From assembly GCA_017414705.1 (NCBI GenBank), contig JAFQKX010000008.1, forward strand, positions 1-47,982: a DNA stretch of 47,982 nucleotides. Reading direction: 5' to 3'. The notes under the pieces were generated by a model. The model saw only the letters and a program-made list of their open reading frames with translations, did not search any database and had not been told where the DNA came from. Positions 25,068 to 33,798 of this stretch are shown here, in pieces. The translations under genes and the position numbers were made by a program. Positions within the stretch are counted from its first letter, which is position 1. The number at the start of each line of letters is the position of its first letter. This DNA is from Clostridia bacterium. GTDB lineage: Bacteria > Bacillota > Clostridia > Oscillospirales > Acutalibacteraceae.

Positions 25068-26147
25068 ATGCAAACGCTCAATTACAAATGCCCCAATTGC
25101 GGCGCAACGCTTCCGTATCACGGCGAGAGCGGGCAGATGCGCTGCGAGTACTGCGACAGCGAGTTTGATCCCGAAGCCCTGAGACAGTACGACGAGGTGC
25201 TTAAGGCACAGACCGAGGAGCCTGACCAACCGATCTGGGAGGAGTATCAAAACGAGGGCTGGCAGGATGAAAATATGGGAATTTTCGTCTGTCGCTCCTG
25301 CGGTGCCGAGGTGGTGGCAGAGGAAACGACGGCCGCCACGTCCTGCCCCTATTGCGGCAGCACAACCGTACTGTCCTCCCGACTCACCGGCGTTTTCAAG
25401 CCCGATCTGGTGGTGCCCTTTGCGGTGGGCAGAGATGCCGCTAAGCAGGCCCTGCAAAAATTTTGCAAGGGAAAGCTGCTGTTGTCCAAAAGCTTTTTGA
25501 ACGAGACCGTCATTGACAAGATTGCGGGAATGTACGTGCCGTTTTGGTTGTACGACTGTGACGTCAGCGCAGACATCAATTACCGCGCTACGCGGGTACA
25601 TTCCTACCGCTCGGGTGAGTATCAGGTCACCAAGACCAGTCATTATCTCGTGCGGCGTGCAGGTGATTTTTCGGTGCAGCGTCTGCCGGTCGACGGCTCG
25701 CAAAAGATGGCGGACGCCTATATGGAGGCCATTGAGCCGTATGATTACAGTAAGGCGGTCGACTTCACCTCAACGTATCTGTCGGGCTATACCGCCGACA
25801 AATACGACGTGGATGCCGAAGCCTCCAAGCCCCGCGCCAATGAGCGTATCACCACCAGCGCGCAGCAGTTATTGCGCAATACCGTCATCGGCTACGCTAC
25901 CGTCGTGCCGTCGGGGCAACGCATCGACCTGCGTCACGGCAGCATCCGATACGCGCTCATGCCGGTGTGGCTGCTCAATACCACCTATCGTGGCAAGACG
26001 TATACCTTTGCCATGAACGGACAGACCGGGAAATTCGTCGGTAACCTGCCGGTGTCACCCGCCCGTGCGGTGACCTTATTCGGCATCTGCGCTGTCGCAG
26101 GCGGCATCATCGCCGCCCTGATCGCCCTGTTGGGTCGATTTATGTAA
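25068..26147 (+). CDS. Double zinc-ribbon membrane protein (YdjG-like)
   Basis: Two CxxC..CxxC ribbons (CPNCG..CEYCD and CRSCG..CPYCG) are followed by a large soluble domain and a C-terminal TM helix (LFGICAVAGGIIAALIALLG). Confidence 0.7.
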   Translation: MQTLNYKCPNCGATLPYHGESGQMRCEYCDSEFDPEALRQYDEVLKAQTEEPDQPIWEEYQNEGWQDENMGIFVCRSCGAEVVAEETTAATSCPYCGSTTVLSSRLTGVFKPDLVVPFAVGRDAAKQALQKFCKGKLLLSKSFLNETVIDKIAGMYVPFWLYDCDVSADINYRATRVHSYRSGEYQVTKTSHYLVRRAGDFSVQRLPVDGSQKMADAYMEAIEPYDYSKAVDFTSTYLSGYTADKYDVDAEASKPRANERITTSAQQLLRNTVIGYATVVPSGQRIDLRHGSIRYALMPVWLLNTTYRGKTYTFAMNGQTGKFVGNLPVSPARAVTLFGICAVAGGIIAALIALLGRFM

Positions 26148-26159
26148 GGGGGCGGCGGT

Positions 26160-26960
26160 ATGAAACGAATGTTATCCCGCGTCTGCCTGCTGCTGTGCAC
26201 GCTGCTGCTGATGACGGTGTTTACGGTCGGCGTCTGTGCGCAAGGTGACTACATTGACGACCAAGCAGACCTGATATCCGACACCGTCGAGCAAACACTT
26301 GACCTGCACGCGCAGCGCATTCGAACGGAATACGGCTACGAGATCGGCATCGTGACGCGCAACGACCTGGCGGGACTGCTGATTGAGGACTACGCCGACA
26401 ATTATTATGAAAACGGCTATTATGCATGGAATGCGGTGTTTCTGTTTGTCGATATGGGCTCCCGAGAGACCTGGATTCTGACCAACGGCGATGCGGACAT
26501 CCTGTTTGACGACGGCGACGGTCTGGAAAAGCTGTTCGACAGCTTTTCCGATGACCTGCGCAACGGACAATATGAGCAGGCGTTTTCGGCTTATTATAAT
26601 GAGATCGACACAGCGCTGGCGCTTGACCGTGACGGGCAGAGCTATTCCGACGGCTACGTCACCGAGCACGAAACCGATTACGGGAGCAGAGCCCCGACCA
26701 AATTGGCAACCTATATCGCCATCGGTGTCGGCGTCGGACTTGTGATCGCAGGTATTATTTTTGCAGTATGTCTGTTTGGTATGAAGACGGCGCGCTCCAA
26801 AGCGGCGGCAGGGGAGTACGTCAAGCCCGGCAGCTTTGCGCTGACACACAGCAGCGATCTGTATTTGTACACCACGACCACACGCGTGCGCATCCAATCC
26901 AATTCCGGCTCGTCCGGGAGATCGGGAGGCTCGCGCGGTGGCGGCGGACGAAGCTTTTAA
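26160..26960 (+). CDS. TPM-domain membrane protein (YgcG/YdjH-like)
   Basis: It has a signal peptide, a TPM-like start (YIDDQADLISDTVEQTL..), a TM helix (YIAIGVGVGLVIAGIIFAVCLF) and a Gly/Ser/Arg tail (SGSSGRSGGSRGGGGRSF). Confidence 0.8.
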   Translation: MKRMLSRVCLLLCTLLLMTVFTVGVCAQGDYIDDQADLISDTVEQTLDLHAQRIRTEYGYEIGIVTRNDLAGLLIEDYADNYYENGYYAWNAVFLFVDMGSRETWILTNGDADILFDDGDGLEKLFDSFSDDLRNGQYEQAFSAYYNEIDTALALDRDGQSYSDGYVTEHETDYGSRAPTKLATYIAIGVGVGLVIAGIIFAVCLFGMKTARSKAAAGEYVKPGSFALTHSSDLYLYTTTTRVRIQSNSGSSGRSGGSRGGGGRSF

Positions 26961-26993
26961 ACGATATATTATATTGTAAAGGAGAACAGTATT

Positions 26994-28280
26994 ATGGGAC
27001 TTATTAAAGCAGGAATCGGTGCCTTGGGCGGCACGTTGGCAGACCAGTGGAAGGAATATTTTTATTGCGATGCTCTGGCGGCAGATGTGCTGGCCGCCAA
27101 GGGCCGCAAACGCACCTCCTCGCGTTCCTCCAACACCAAAGCAGAGGATAATATCATTTCCAACGGTGCCGTCATTGCGGTCAACGAGGGTCAGTGTATG
27201 ATGATCGTTGAGCAGGGCAAGATCGTGGAATTTTCCGCCGAGGCAGGCGAATTCCGTTGGGATTCCTCCACCGAGCCAAGCGTTTTTGCGGGCAGTTTGG
27301 GCAACAGTATTTTGGAAACCTTCAAGACGCTGGGACGCCGTTTTGCCTTCGGTGGTGATACCGGCAAGGATCAGCGTGTCTATTACTTCAACCTCAAGGA
27401 GATCGTCGGCAATAAATACGGCACGGCGACCCCCGTTCCTTTCCGTGTGGTGGACTGCAATATCGGTCTGGACGTGGATATCGCCATTCGCTGCAACGGT
27501 GAGTATTCCTACAAGCTGACCGACCCGATGCGCTTCTTTGTCAACGTGTGCGGTAACGTCAGCGACGTTTATACGCGTGCTGCGCTGGACAGTCAGCTCA
27601 AGAGTGAGCTGCTGACGGCACTGCAGCCCGCCTTTGCCCGCATTGGTGCAACCGGCGTGCGTTATTCCGCCTTGCCGGCACATACTCACGAAATCGCCGA
27701 TGCCCTCAATCAGGAGCTCAGCCGGAAATGGGGAGAGCTGCGCGGCATCTGCATTGCTTCCTTCGGCATCAACTCGGTCTCGGCATCTCCCGAGGACGAG
27801 GAAATGATCAAGAACCTGCAAAAGACCGCCGTTATGCGGGATCCCTCCATGGCAGCTGCAACCTTGACCACTGCGCAGGCAGAAGCCATGAAGGCGGCTG
27901 CCTCCAATCAAAGCGGTGCCATGAATGGCTTCATCGGTATGGGCTTTGCGCAGCAGGCAGGCGGTGTTGATGCAGGTGCTCTGTATCAGATGGCGGGACA
28001 GCAAAAGCCTGCGACCGACGCGGCAGGCTGGGTCTGCGCCTGCGGTGCCCAAAACGACGGCAAGTTCTGCAGCGAGTGCGGCAAAGCCAAGCCCGCCGAC
28101 GATGTATGGCAGTGCGCCTGCGGCGCCACCAACCGCAGCAAATTCTGCAGTGAATGCGGTAAGGCAAGACCCACGGGCTTCCGCTGCGATCAGTGCGGTT
28201 GGACGCCTGCCGAGGGGGAGCAACCACCCAAGTTTTGCCCCGAGTGTGGTGACCGCTTTGACCAAAACGACAAGGCTTAA
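26994..28280 (+). CDS. SPFH/Band-7-like protein (YdjI / virion-core-protein-like) with three C-terminal zinc ribbons
   Basis: RBS AAGGAGA. The N-terminus MGLIKAGIGALGGTLADQWKEYF and the body are typical of the YdjI-type SPFH family. The C-terminus has WVCACGAQNDGKFCSECGKAKP, WQCACGATNRSKFCSECGKARP and FRCDQCG..KFCPECGDRF. Confidence 0.8.
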   Translation: MGLIKAGIGALGGTLADQWKEYFYCDALAADVLAAKGRKRTSSRSSNTKAEDNIISNGAVIAVNEGQCMMIVEQGKIVEFSAEAGEFRWDSSTEPSVFAGSLGNSILETFKTLGRRFAFGGDTGKDQRVYYFNLKEIVGNKYGTATPVPFRVVDCNIGLDVDIAIRCNGEYSYKLTDPMRFFVNVCGNVSDVYTRAALDSQLKSELLTALQPAFARIGATGVRYSALPAHTHEIADALNQELSRKWGELRGICIASFGINSVSASPEDEEMIKNLQKTAVMRDPSMAAATLTTAQAEAMKAAASNQSGAMNGFIGMGFAQQAGGVDAGALYQMAGQQKPATDAAGWVCACGAQNDGKFCSECGKAKPADDVWQCACGATNRSKFCSECGKARPTGFRCDQCGWTPAEGEQPPKFCPECGDRFDQNDKA

Positions 28281-28325
28281 TTGAGTTTTCCAAAGCCTCA
28301 AAGCAACCGGAACGTATCGATAACG

Positions 28326-28369
28326 AAACCCCTTACGGCAGAATAGAAATGCTGCCATAAGGGGTTTTT
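28326..28369. terminator. Terminator between the SPFH gene and ypeB
   Basis: A 16-bp stem with one mismatch, AAACCCCTTACGGCAG with CTGCCATAAGGGGTTT, is followed by TTTTT. Confidence 0.75.
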
Positions 28370-28384
28370 ATGCTTCGTTTTTAT

Positions 28385-29740
28385 TTAGGACCGTGTGTCC
28401 TGTTGGATGACGATGCGTTTTTCCAACAATCCGTCGTCGGTAAAGTAAACCGTCACGGTTTCACCGTTGCTGCCCTCGCAGGTCATTTCCCAGCATAGCT
28501 CTTCGCTTGCGGAATTTGGCAGCGTGGTCAGCCGTGCATTGCGCAGCGTCAGCAGGGAAGACAGCTTTTTGGCAACGTCGTACGCCGTGTGCTTGGCGGC
28601 GGAAAATCCGTGTTGACGGTGGTTGAGCAGGTAATCGCTGCTTTCTAAGCCTAAAATCTCGCCGTCATCCATAGCAACCGCCACCTCGATGGCATCGGCG
28701 TACACCAAGACGCCGTCCTGCTCGGAATAAAACTGCACCACGCAGATCCCGTCGGCGGTGCTTGCGTGTGAAAATTTCGCATCCTCAAATCCGCAGCGCG
28801 TCAGAAAGGCTTCTGCCTTTTGCCGTGCGCCGCCTTCGCTCAGACGGCTCTCGGTAGTGACGGAGCGATTTTTGAGCAGCGACACCGCATAGCCGCCCCG
28901 CTTGGAAATCGCAATACTGAAGCCGTCTCCGATGAAACGGTATGCCTCGATCACGCCGAATGCGTCTCCGTCATCGGTCAATGCGGCCGCGTCTTTGTTG
29001 AGTAACGCAGCGGCTTTTTGACGCGCCTGCTGCCGCGTGATCTCTTGTGCGCTCTGCAGCAGTTCAGAGGTGCGGGTGCGGTAATGGTCGGAGTAGAGAC
29101 CGTCGTAGGTCATGCTGTCGTAATCGGTCATGGCTTGCTCTAATTTTTGAATCGAGGTATAGAACGAAGCGTTTTGTCCCTGCGATCCGTATAAAATATC
29201 GTCATTTTCCAATTCCCAGATGCCGGTGTCATTCATCTGATCGCGCAGTTGACCGACCTGTACCGACAAAAGCTCTGCGATCTCGGATAATTTTTGCATG
29301 GCGGTGCGGTCTTGTTCGGTCAGGGAGTAGCCCTGCGATGCCTTGCGTCCCAGCGCCAGCATATATTCCGACGCCTGCGCCAAATACAGCTCCGTGTTTT
29401 CCAGCGTGGTGTAGCCCACCGGCAGCTGAGCCAGACAGGAACGGGCGTATCCGCCCGCTTCGTATACCTGGGCCGAAAGAGTTTCCAACCCGTACGCTGT
29501 CCCTGCATAGAGGCTCTTTTTGAGCGCCTCGTCCATGGATTGCAGATGCGCTGACAGATCGTACAACGCGCTCTCGCAGGTGTAACGCACCTGCGCCTTG
29601 TAACGGTTGGCATCGCGGTATTGCAAAACACCCCAAACACCCAGAAGCACGATGAGTGCCGCAGTAAATACGGCGGTCAGGAGCAGAATTTTTTTGGTAC
29701 CATAATGCTTTGAAAACGTAATGCTCTTCATAGTAATCAT
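28385..29740 (-). CDS. ypeB: Germination protein YpeB
   Basis: It is 451 aa with an N-terminal TM helix, a long helical region, and C-terminal PepSY-like repeats. The architecture and length are those of YpeB. An alternative start is ATG 29731. Confidence 0.75.
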   Translation of the reverse strand: MITMKSITFSKHYGTKKILLLTAVFTAALIVLLGVWGVLQYRDANRYKAQVRYTCESALYDLSAHLQSMDEALKKSLYAGTAYGLETLSAQVYEAGGYARSCLAQLPVGYTTLENTELYLAQASEYMLALGRKASQGYSLTEQDRTAMQKLSEIAELLSVQVGQLRDQMNDTGIWELENDDILYGSQGQNASFYTSIQKLEQAMTDYDSMTYDGLYSDHYRTRTSELLQSAQEITRQQARQKAAALLNKDAAALTDDGDAFGVIEAYRFIGDGFSIAISKRGGYAVSLLKNRSVTTESRLSEGGARQKAEAFLTRCGFEDAKFSHASTADGICVVQFYSEQDGVLVYADAIEVAVAMDDGEILGLESSDYLLNHRQHGFSAAKHTAYDVAKKLSSLLTLRNARLTTLPNSASEELCWEMTCEGSNGETVTVYFTDDGLLEKRIVIQQDTRS

Positions 29741-29796
29741 TCACCCGCCGTTATTGTGCCCCGGTCGCATCAAAAATATCCAAATTTTTTGGAGAG

Positions 29797-29833
29797 TAAA
29801 AAACAGACCCGCAGTGCGAACACTGCGGGTCTT
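29797..29833 (-). terminator. Rho-independent terminator of nifJ/PFOR
   Basis: On the minus strand, stem AGACCCGCAGTG pairs with CACTGCGGGTCT around loop TTCG, followed by GTTTTTT. Confidence 0.8.
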
Positions 29834-29849
29834 TGTATATGAGAACCGA

Positions 29850-32800
29850 TTATTTGGAGTACAGCTCTGCAGTCTTGAGCAGGTGGGTGTACTTGTCTTT
29901 TGCATCGGCCTGAGCTTTGGCAAACAGCTCTTCTGCGCGATCCGGGAAGGCTCTCATCAGCGAGGAGTAACGAACCTCGTTCTTGATGAATTCCAGATAA
30001 TCGCCGGTGGGCTCTTTGCTGTCGAGCGAGAACGGATTTTCCTTTCTCGGGTCGAAGCGGAAATTGTGCCAGTAGCCGGCAGCAACTGCCAATTTCTCTT
30101 CGGTCATGCTCACACCCATGCCGCCCTTGATACCGTGGTTGATACAGGGAGCATAGCAGATAACGATGGAGGGACCGTTGTAGCTTTCAGCCTCGGTCAT
30201 GGCCTTGATGCACTGATTGTAGTCAGCACCCATGGCGACCTGAGCAACGTACACGTAACCGTAGCTCATAGCGATCGCGGCAAGGTCTTTCTTCTTGACG
30301 CTCTTACCGGCAGCAGCGAACTGTGCGATAGCGCCGGTCGGGGTAGCCTTGGAGGACTGTCCGCCGGTGTTGGAGTAAACCTCGGTGTCAAAGACCAGAA
30401 TGTTGACATCCTGATTCTGAGCCAGAACGTGGTCCACACCGCCGAAGCCGATGTCGTATGCCCAGCCGTCGCCGCCCAGGATCCAAACCGACTTCTTGGC
30501 AAGGTAATCGCTATCGGTCATGATGTCGTCGGCAGCAGCCTTGGCATCACCGCTGAGCTTGGCGCCCTTGATGGCAGCCGTCAGAGCCTTGGCAGCCTCT
30601 GCGTTCTCAGCACCGTTTTCGAAGGTGGAGATCCACTTGGCAGCGGCTTCCTTGACGTCGCCGTCAGCGTTGTCGACCAGCACCTGAGCGTCGCCCAAGA
30701 GACGGTTGCGGATGGCCTTGTTGGCAAGGTTCATACCAAAACCGAACTCGGCGTTGTCCTCAAACAGGGAGTTGGCCCATGCGGGACCGCGGCCCTCTTT
30801 GTTGGTGGTGTACGGAGTGGAGGGTGCGGAGCCGCCCCAGATGGAGGAGCAGCCGGTGGCGTTGGCAATGTACATACGATCACCAAACAGCTGGGTCACC
30901 AGCTTGGCATACGGAGTTTCGCCGCAGCCTGCGCAAGCGCCGGAGAACTCGAGCAGCGGCTGTTTGAACTGGCTGCCCTTGACGGTCTCGGGCTTGAACT
31001 TGGCAGCAACCTCTGCCTTTTCGGGCAGGGTGATGGCATAGTCAAAGTTCTTCTGCTCATCCAACTTGGTCTCGATGGGCTCCATAACCAGAGCCTTTTC
31101 ACCCTTGAAGCCCGGGCAGACGTTGGCGCAAGAGCCGCAGCCGGTGCAGTCCAGAGTGGAGATGACGATGGCGAACTTCATGCCGGGCAGACCGGTCATA
31201 TCCTTCATCTGCATACCGGCGGGAGCGTTTTTGGCTTCCTCTTCGGTCAGAGCAACGGGACGGATGACGGCGTGCGGGCAAACGTAGGAGCAGAAGGAGC
31301 ACTGGATACATTTGTCGGGATTCCAAGCGGGAACGTCCACGGCAATACCGCGCTTCTCGAAAGCGGAGGAGCCCAGCGGGAAGGTGCCGTCCTCGGCGCC
31401 TGCAAAGGCGGAAACCGGCAGCTTGTCACCCTGCTGTGCGTTGATGGGACGCTGAATGTTGTTGATGTAATCCACCAACACCTTGTTGTCGCCGGTGGCG
31501 GGAGCAACGGCAACCTCGCCGGTAGCCTTAGCCCAATCAGCGGGGACGTTGACCTTACGGAAGCCGTTGATACCGCGCTCGATCGCAGCGTGGTTCATAG
31601 CAACGATCTTTTCACCCTTCTTGGCGTAGGAGCGGGTTGCAGCATCCTTCATCAACTGAACAGCCTTGTCGGCAGGGATGATCTTGGACAGAGCAAAGAA
31701 GGCAGCCTGCAGGATGGTGTTGGTGCGTCCGCCCAGACCGATCTCCTTGGCAATGTGAGTTGCGTCGATGACGTAGAAGTTGATCTTGTTCTTTGCAATG
31801 TACTGCTTCATGGAAGCGGGCAGGTGAGCACCCAGCTCTTCATCGCTCCAAGAGCAGTTGAGCAGGAAGGTGCCGCCGACCTTGATGTCCTGAACCATCT
31901 CATACTTATCAACGTAGGAGGGGTTGTGGCAGGCAACGAAGTCTGCCTGATTGATGAGGTAGGTGGACTTGATGGGCTTCTTACCGAAACGCAGGTGAGA
32001 AACGGTGATACCGCCGCTCTTCTTGGAGTCGTAGGAGAAGTAGCCCTGTGCGTACATGTCGGTGTTGTCACCGATGATCTTGATGGAGTTCTTGTTGGCG
32101 CCGACGGTACCGTCCGAGCCCAGACCCCAGAACTTGCAGCTGGTGGTACCCTTGGGAGTGGTGTCGGGATTGACCTTGACCTTCAGGGACAGCTTGGTGA
32201 CGTCGTCTTCGATACCGATGGTGAAGGTCTTCTTGCTCTTGGCAGCCTTCAGGTTGTCGTACACGGCGATGATCTGGCCGGGAGTGGTATCCTTGGAGCC
32301 CAGACCGTAACGGCCGGTGCAAACGGGGATATCAGCAAACTTGCTGTCCTTGAGAGCGGCAAGAACGTCCAGATACAGAGGCTCACCGATGGAGCCGGGC
32401 TCCTTGGTGCGGTCCAGAACGGCGATCTTCTTGACGGTCTTGGGCAGAGCAGCCAACAGATGCTTGGCCGAGAACGGACGGTACAGATGAACCTTGACCA
32501 GACCGACCTTGTTGCCGGCAGCGTTGAGGTAATCAACCGTCTCTTCGATGGTGTCGCAGCCCGAACCCATGGCGATGATGACGTACTCAGCATCCTTTGC
32601 GCCATAGTAGTTGAACAGCTTGTACTTGGTGCCGAGCTTTGCGTTGACCTGAGCCATGTAATCCTCGACAACGCCCACGATGTTCTCATAGTAGGGGTTG
32701 GCGGCTTCCTTGGCCTGGAAGAAGATGTCGGGGTTCTGAGCAGTACCTCTCTGAACGGGATGCTCAGGGTTCAAAGAACGGCGGCGGAATGCGTTGACTG

Positions 32801-33404
32801 CATCGCGATCGAGCATTTCATCCAGATCCTTATAATCCCAAACGGCAACCTTTTGGATCTCGTGGGAGGTACGGAAACCGTCGAAGTAGTGAATGAAGGG
32901 GACGCGGCCCTTAATGGCAGCCAAGTGAGCAACGGCACCCAGGTCCATGACCTCCTGCGGGTTGTTGGAGCACAGCATGGCGCAGCCGGTCTGACGGCAG
33001 GCATAAATGTCGGAGTGATCGCCGAAGATCGACAAAGCGTGACCGGCGATGGCACGGGCAGAAACGTTGATTACGCCCGGCAGCAATTCACCGGCGATCT
33101 TGTACAGGTTGGGGATCATCAGAAGAAGACCCTGAGAAGCGGTGTAGGTGGTGGTCAGAGCACCGGCAGCCAAAGAGCCGTGCACCGCACCGGCGGCACC
33201 TGCCTCAGACTGCATCTCGGAAACCATGACCGGTTGACCGAACAGGTTCTTGGCACCATTGGCAGCCATCTTGTCCGTTTCTTCTGCCATGTTCGACGAC
33301 GGCGTGATCGGGTAGATCGCAGCCACGTCGGTAAAGGCATACGAAACGGTTGCGGCGGCAGTATTGCCGTCCATCGTTTTCATTTTTCTTGCCATTTTTA
33401 CCAT
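29850..33404 (-). CDS. nifJ: Pyruvate:ferredoxin (flavodoxin) oxidoreductase
   Basis: It is a 1184-aa single-chain PFOR. The N-terminus is MKTMDGNTAAATVSYAFTDVAAIYPITPSS. There are two CxxCxxCxxxCP motifs (CIQCSFCSYVCP, CTGCGSCANVCP) and the TPP motif GGDGWAYDIGFGG. An alternative start is 33395. Confidence 0.95.
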   Translation of the reverse strand: MVKMARKMKTMDGNTAAATVSYAFTDVAAIYPITPSSNMAEETDKMAANGAKNLFGQPVMVSEMQSEAGAAGAVHGSLAAGALTTTYTASQGLLLMIPNLYKIAGELLPGVINVSARAIAGHALSIFGDHSDIYACRQTGCAMLCSNNPQEVMDLGAVAHLAAIKGRVPFIHYFDGFRTSHEIQKVAVWDYKDLDEMLDRDAVNAFRRRSLNPEHPVQRGTAQNPDIFFQAKEAANPYYENIVGVVEDYMAQVNAKLGTKYKLFNYYGAKDAEYVIIAMGSGCDTIEETVDYLNAAGNKVGLVKVHLYRPFSAKHLLAALPKTVKKIAVLDRTKEPGSIGEPLYLDVLAALKDSKFADIPVCTGRYGLGSKDTTPGQIIAVYDNLKAAKSKKTFTIGIEDDVTKLSLKVKVNPDTTPKGTTSCKFWGLGSDGTVGANKNSIKIIGDNTDMYAQGYFSYDSKKSGGITVSHLRFGKKPIKSTYLINQADFVACHNPSYVDKYEMVQDIKVGGTFLLNCSWSDEELGAHLPASMKQYIAKNKINFYVIDATHIAKEIGLGGRTNTILQAAFFALSKIIPADKAVQLMKDAATRSYAKKGEKIVAMNHAAIERGINGFRKVNVPADWAKATGEVAVAPATGDNKVLVDYINNIQRPINAQQGDKLPVSAFAGAEDGTFPLGSSAFEKRGIAVDVPAWNPDKCIQCSFCSYVCPHAVIRPVALTEEEAKNAPAGMQMKDMTGLPGMKFAIVISTLDCTGCGSCANVCPGFKGEKALVMEPIETKLDEQKNFDYAITLPEKAEVAAKFKPETVKGSQFKQPLLEFSGACAGCGETPYAKLVTQLFGDRMYIANATGCSSIWGGSAPSTPYTTNKEGRGPAWANSLFEDNAEFGFGMNLANKAIRNRLLGDAQVLVDNADGDVKEAAAKWISTFENGAENAEAAKALTAAIKGAKLSGDAKAAADDIMTDSDYLAKKSVWILGGDGWAYDIGFGGVDHVLAQNQDVNILVFDTEVYSNTGGQSSKATPTGAIAQFAAAGKSVKKKDLAAIAMSYGYVYVAQVAMGADYNQCIKAMTEAESYNGPSIVICYAPCINHGIKGGMGVSMTEEKLAVAAGYWHNFRFDPRKENPFSLDSKEPTGDYLEFIKNEVRYSSLMRAFPDRAEELFAKAQADAKDKYTHLLKTAELYSK

Positions 33405-33507
33405 CCATTCTGCCTCTGCACAGGCACGTATTTGATTTTGTTCTCGCGGTGCAGTGTTTTTGCGAAAACAATGAACTGAAAAATATACGGGACAAAGCCC
33501 ACCGGTT

Positions 33508-33536
33508 ATTTTACCAAATTTTCATTCATATGTAAA
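33508..33536 (-). promoter_or_regulatory. Putative sigma-A promoter of nifJ
   Basis: On the minus strand: TTTACA (33536-33531), 17-nt spacer, TAAAAT (33513-33508), giving a leader of about 100 nt. Confidence 0.45.
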
Positions 33537-33744
33537 TACAGAAAATCAAAATACTTAAAAATTTTTGTAGAAAAATCAAATGTTTTTTTGCTTTTTTTGG
33601 GCATTTTTCAAAAAAAGGCAAAAAAAGAGCAAAAAACAGAAAATCCGACCGGATTGATCTTTACATTACATAAGTGTAATTCAAAGGGCGCTTAAAAATT
33701 TTTTTGACAAAATACGATTTAGGGGTAGAAAAATGAAAAAAATA

Positions 33745-33753
33745 TGGTATAAT
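33745..33753 (+). promoter_or_regulatory. Extended -10 element (TGgTATAAT) upstream of the LtaS-family gene
   Basis: TGgTATAAT at 33745-33753 has only a weak -35. It lies downstream of the track start at 33733, which supports ATG 33799 as the real start. Confidence 0.4.
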
Positions 33754-33798
33754 CAAAGGTACTTGCGAAAATTTTGTCAAAACAGAGGAGAACGATCT

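Noticed and set aside
26172-28358. A 728-aa minus-strand ORF spanning the TPM and SPFH genes.
   Set aside because: It crosses an intergenic gap and two plus-strand genes that have clear domain signatures, RBSs and a terminator. Its composition is Ala/Gly/Arg-rich. It is an antisense shadow.
29721-33479. A 1252-aa stop-free ORF on the plus strand covering the whole nifJ region.
   Set aside because: It lies exactly antisense to a PFOR gene with unmistakable motifs. Its translation is low-complexity (G/V/A/L-rich) with no recognisable domain or RBS. This is a typical shadow ORF of a GC3-rich gene.
33733-33798. The upstream start MKKIWYNQRYLRKFCQNRGERS for the LtaS-family gene.
   Set aside because: It lacks an RBS and overlaps the predicted extended -10 (33745-33753). 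ATG 33799 has GAGGAG at ideal spacing.
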